In this document: positions 61,624-64,000 of the stretch, one piece after another
Position numbering within the stretch: position 1 is the first letter of the stretch
Layout of the letters: each line of letters starts with the position of its first letter
Source of the DNA: Patellaria atrata CBS 101060
Lineage: Eukaryota
NCBI GenBank assembly: GCA_010093705.1
Contig: MU006089.1
Span: forward strand, 1,847,561-1,911,560
Reading direction: 5' to 3'
Length of the DNA: 64,000 bases
Position numbers and translations under genes: made by a program
Notes under the pieces: model-generated
What the model saw: the letters and a program-made list of their open reading frames with translations, nothing else
Told to the model about the DNA's origin: nothing
Database searches by the model: none

Positions 61624-63420
61624 ATGGCCGGTGGGCCGAGTCCGAGTAAAGGGTCACCACCTGGATTGTCCAACAGTTCTTTCCTCCACGGGTCGTTCAG
61701 TTCTTCGTCATCCTCCCCCCAAAACCACGCCTACCCCCCGCAACAGACGATGACAGCGGACGTTCTTGGATCAGGTCCAAATGGGCTAGGATATGGGTAT
61801 ACTCTATCTTCAATTGGAGATCGGAAGCCTTTAGAGAAGAGCACCTCGTCATTGCTCTCGTTCGGAGAGCTTGAACCGACTATTAGCAACCCGGACGTTA
61901 AATCCATGCCTACGATTCTCATGCGCAAATTGCCCCAGAACACAAGTGACGATACTCTTCGAAGTATGTTACTTTTTGCGAAAGATCTCATAGACGTTGA
62001 GCGCATACCATCGGAGTCAGCGTATCCTGAAGACCAAGGTTTCTCAACCGCCGTAGCACGCTTTAAGACTCTGGCCAGTGCACACGAAGCGCGAGATAGG
62101 TTGAACGGAAAGACAAATGCTGCAAACAATGCGAAAATGATTGTTGATGTTTGGCAACACGGCATCTCGCCTACGTTAGGTACACGACGCAACACCATCG
62201 ATGGAACTTCTACTGGGAATCGGCCAGGGTCCACGGCTGCTGTATCCGGAGTATCCACAAACGGATTAAGCAATCGTCAATCTTCCCGTTACAATGGAAC
62301 TTTTCAATCTATGGAGAAACTTTCCCCACCTAATGTGACCCCCAGCCTTGGCAACGGAGATTTTCCCGTGAGAGAACCAAATGTTCATCTTTCGAATCTC
62401 TTCTCGCCCAAATCTCCATTGAACAATTCCTTCAATGACGCAATCCGCGTATCTGGAAAGTCAATGATCAATGATGATGCTGGTGACGATGAGACAGGTG
62501 AGCTTCTTAAGGATCCTGTTGCCTATGCGAAGAATGGACAATCCGCCCATGTAGCAATGCCACGTCGGACTACCAACCCACAGATACCTGTATCTCGCTT
62601 TGCTAGTCTCTCACTCAACACGGCCAATGGTGCGAACGGTATGGCATCTCCGCCTATGCCGAATTACGTCTCACCACGGTCAGTTAGTTCCATGCAGTCA
62701 CCCAATTCAGCAATGTCGCCAAACACGATGCCTTCTAGCATGGCATCCCTTGGGCCGAATGCTAGCTATCAACTTGCAACTCAGCATTTTCAAAGACATA
62801 ATTATCCCCCGGTCAATCCTGCAGACCAGAATCCCCCTTGCAACACCCTTTACGTAGGAAACCTTCCCCTTGACACCTCAGAAGATGAACTCAAACAGAT
62901 GTTTTCCAAACAAAGGGGATATAAGCGACTGTGCTTCAGGACCAAGCAAAATGGCCCTATGTGTTTCGTGGAATTTGAAGATGTTTCTTTTGCTACAAAA
63001 GCATTGCATGAGCTTTATGGGCAACCTTTACATAATAGTGTTAAAGGTGGTATCCGTCTAAGCTTCTCTAAAAATCCCCTTGGTGTTCGTACGGGACAGA
63101 ATAGCTCCATGGGTCCTCCAACACCTCTGACGTCCCAAGCCGTTATGCCTGGGATGTCGAATGGTTTAGGTGCTCCCCCGGGTTTTTCTACTGCGACAGG
63201 ACCACCTCCAGGTCTTTCTGCGCCACCTGGTTTGTCTAGTCCTGTGTCTCTCAATGGCGGTTCTAGTTTTGGTATGTACTCTAGCGCTGGATTTGGCATG
63301 GCCGGTAATGGTATGGGTAATTTAAGATCACAAAATCTTGGAAGCGTCGCCTCGAGCGCTGCTGGTGGTGGCTTTTCCGGAATGGGCGGCTCTTACTCGG
63401 ATTACATGATGGGAAGATAA
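61624..63420 (+). CDS. Whi3/Whi4/Scw1-family RRM RNA-binding protein
   Basis: NPADQNPPCNTLYVGNLP...KQRGYKRLCFRTKQNGPMCFVEFED...GGIRLSFSKNPLGVR is the hallmark C-terminal RRM. There is also a degenerate N-terminal RRM and S/N/P-rich disordered regions. Confidence 0.92.
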   Translation: MAGGPSPSKGSPPGLSNSSFLHGSFSSSSSSPQNHAYPPQQTMTADVLGSGPNGLGYGYTLSSIGDRKPLEKSTSSLLSFGELEPTISNPDVKSMPTILMRKLPQNTSDDTLRSMLLFAKDLIDVERIPSESAYPEDQGFSTAVARFKTLASAHEARDRLNGKTNAANNAKMIVDVWQHGISPTLGTRRNTIDGTSTGNRPGSTAAVSGVSTNGLSNRQSSRYNGTFQSMEKLSPPNVTPSLGNGDFPVREPNVHLSNLFSPKSPLNNSFNDAIRVSGKSMINDDAGDDETGELLKDPVAYAKNGQSAHVAMPRRTTNPQIPVSRFASLSLNTANGANGMASPPMPNYVSPRSVSSMQSPNSAMSPNTMPSSMASLGPNASYQLATQHFQRHNYPPVNPADQNPPCNTLYVGNLPLDTSEDELKQMFSKQRGYKRLCFRTKQNGPMCFVEFEDVSFATKALHELYGQPLHNSVKGGIRLSFSKNPLGVRTGQNSSMGPPTPLTSQAVMPGMSNGLGAPPGFSTATGPPPGLSAPPGLSSPVSLNGGSSFGMYSSAGFGMAGNGMGNLRSQNLGSVASSAAGGGFSGMGGSYSDYMMGR

Positions 63421-64000
63421 ACGCATTATGCGCTGCGGTCACCCGCGCCATTACGTATCATGAGTTTCTGGAGTCTTGGGCGCAAACGCATTTTTGCTTT
63501 AACGCATTGTTTTGCGTTTCTTGAATCATCTTCTTTGTAGGACGTTCAAATCTTCTGGATGTCGTACTGCTCTAGTCTCTGTCGTTTCAGTTCATGGCGC
63601 GGTGTTTCGAGTCTTCAATTTCTTTTCTTCTTTTTTGTGGATTGCTTCTGTTCTTCTTTTCCGAGGGGCATGGATCACGGCGCTGAATGCTTTTCCTGGC
63701 TGGTCGTCACAGCCAAGCTGGCGGATGACTATATTTCAATAAGCATACGAGCGATGATTCCCCTTGCGCGTTTATATTGTCGATGGTAGTGTAAGGTGCT
63801 GGGGGCGCATTTATGATCGGCTAGGAGCTCTCTTTTTTGCAGAACGTTTTGAAAACTTCATTGCAGCATCTCGCGATCGGCAGTTGAGAGCAACCCAACT
63901 TCCCTGGGTAGGAAAAGCACATACTTCATGGGTTGCGTCCGGTAATTGGGTTGGGAGGATATTGTCGACTTTTCAACTTTGTCATATTGCGTCCATATCC

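Overview
Gene-dense, intron-containing genomic DNA from a filamentous ascomycete (Pezizomycotina, probably a Dothideomycete; inferred from short GT-AG introns with CTAAC/CTGAC branch points and the gene families present). It holds about 22 protein-coding loci. Recognisable ones include DNA polymerase eta, Sho1, a haspin kinase, NAD(P)HX epimerase, mitochondrial S16, an AVT-type transporter, RO10, an RfeG-like protein, a Whi3-like RRM protein, two GST-fold genes and an RTA1 protein. There is also an intron-containing tRNA-Gln(UUG) and a 100-N assembly gap. No intact transposon, CRISPR array or rRNA was seen. The most unusual items are: (1) a coiled-coil, C-terminal-TM protein with eight 35-36 aa repeats each carrying a TQT-type dynein-light-chain motif; (2) a secreted 24-Cys triple-repeat protein with a KR site inside every repeat; (3) one intact and one broken HET-domain gene, plus an L-amino-acid oxidase pseudogene whose stops fit RIP-type transitions; (4) repeated C-rich to G-rich strand-skew switches; (5) clustered GCAU motifs in the Whi3-like 3' UTR. 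All family assignments come from motif recognition by eye; no database searches were run.
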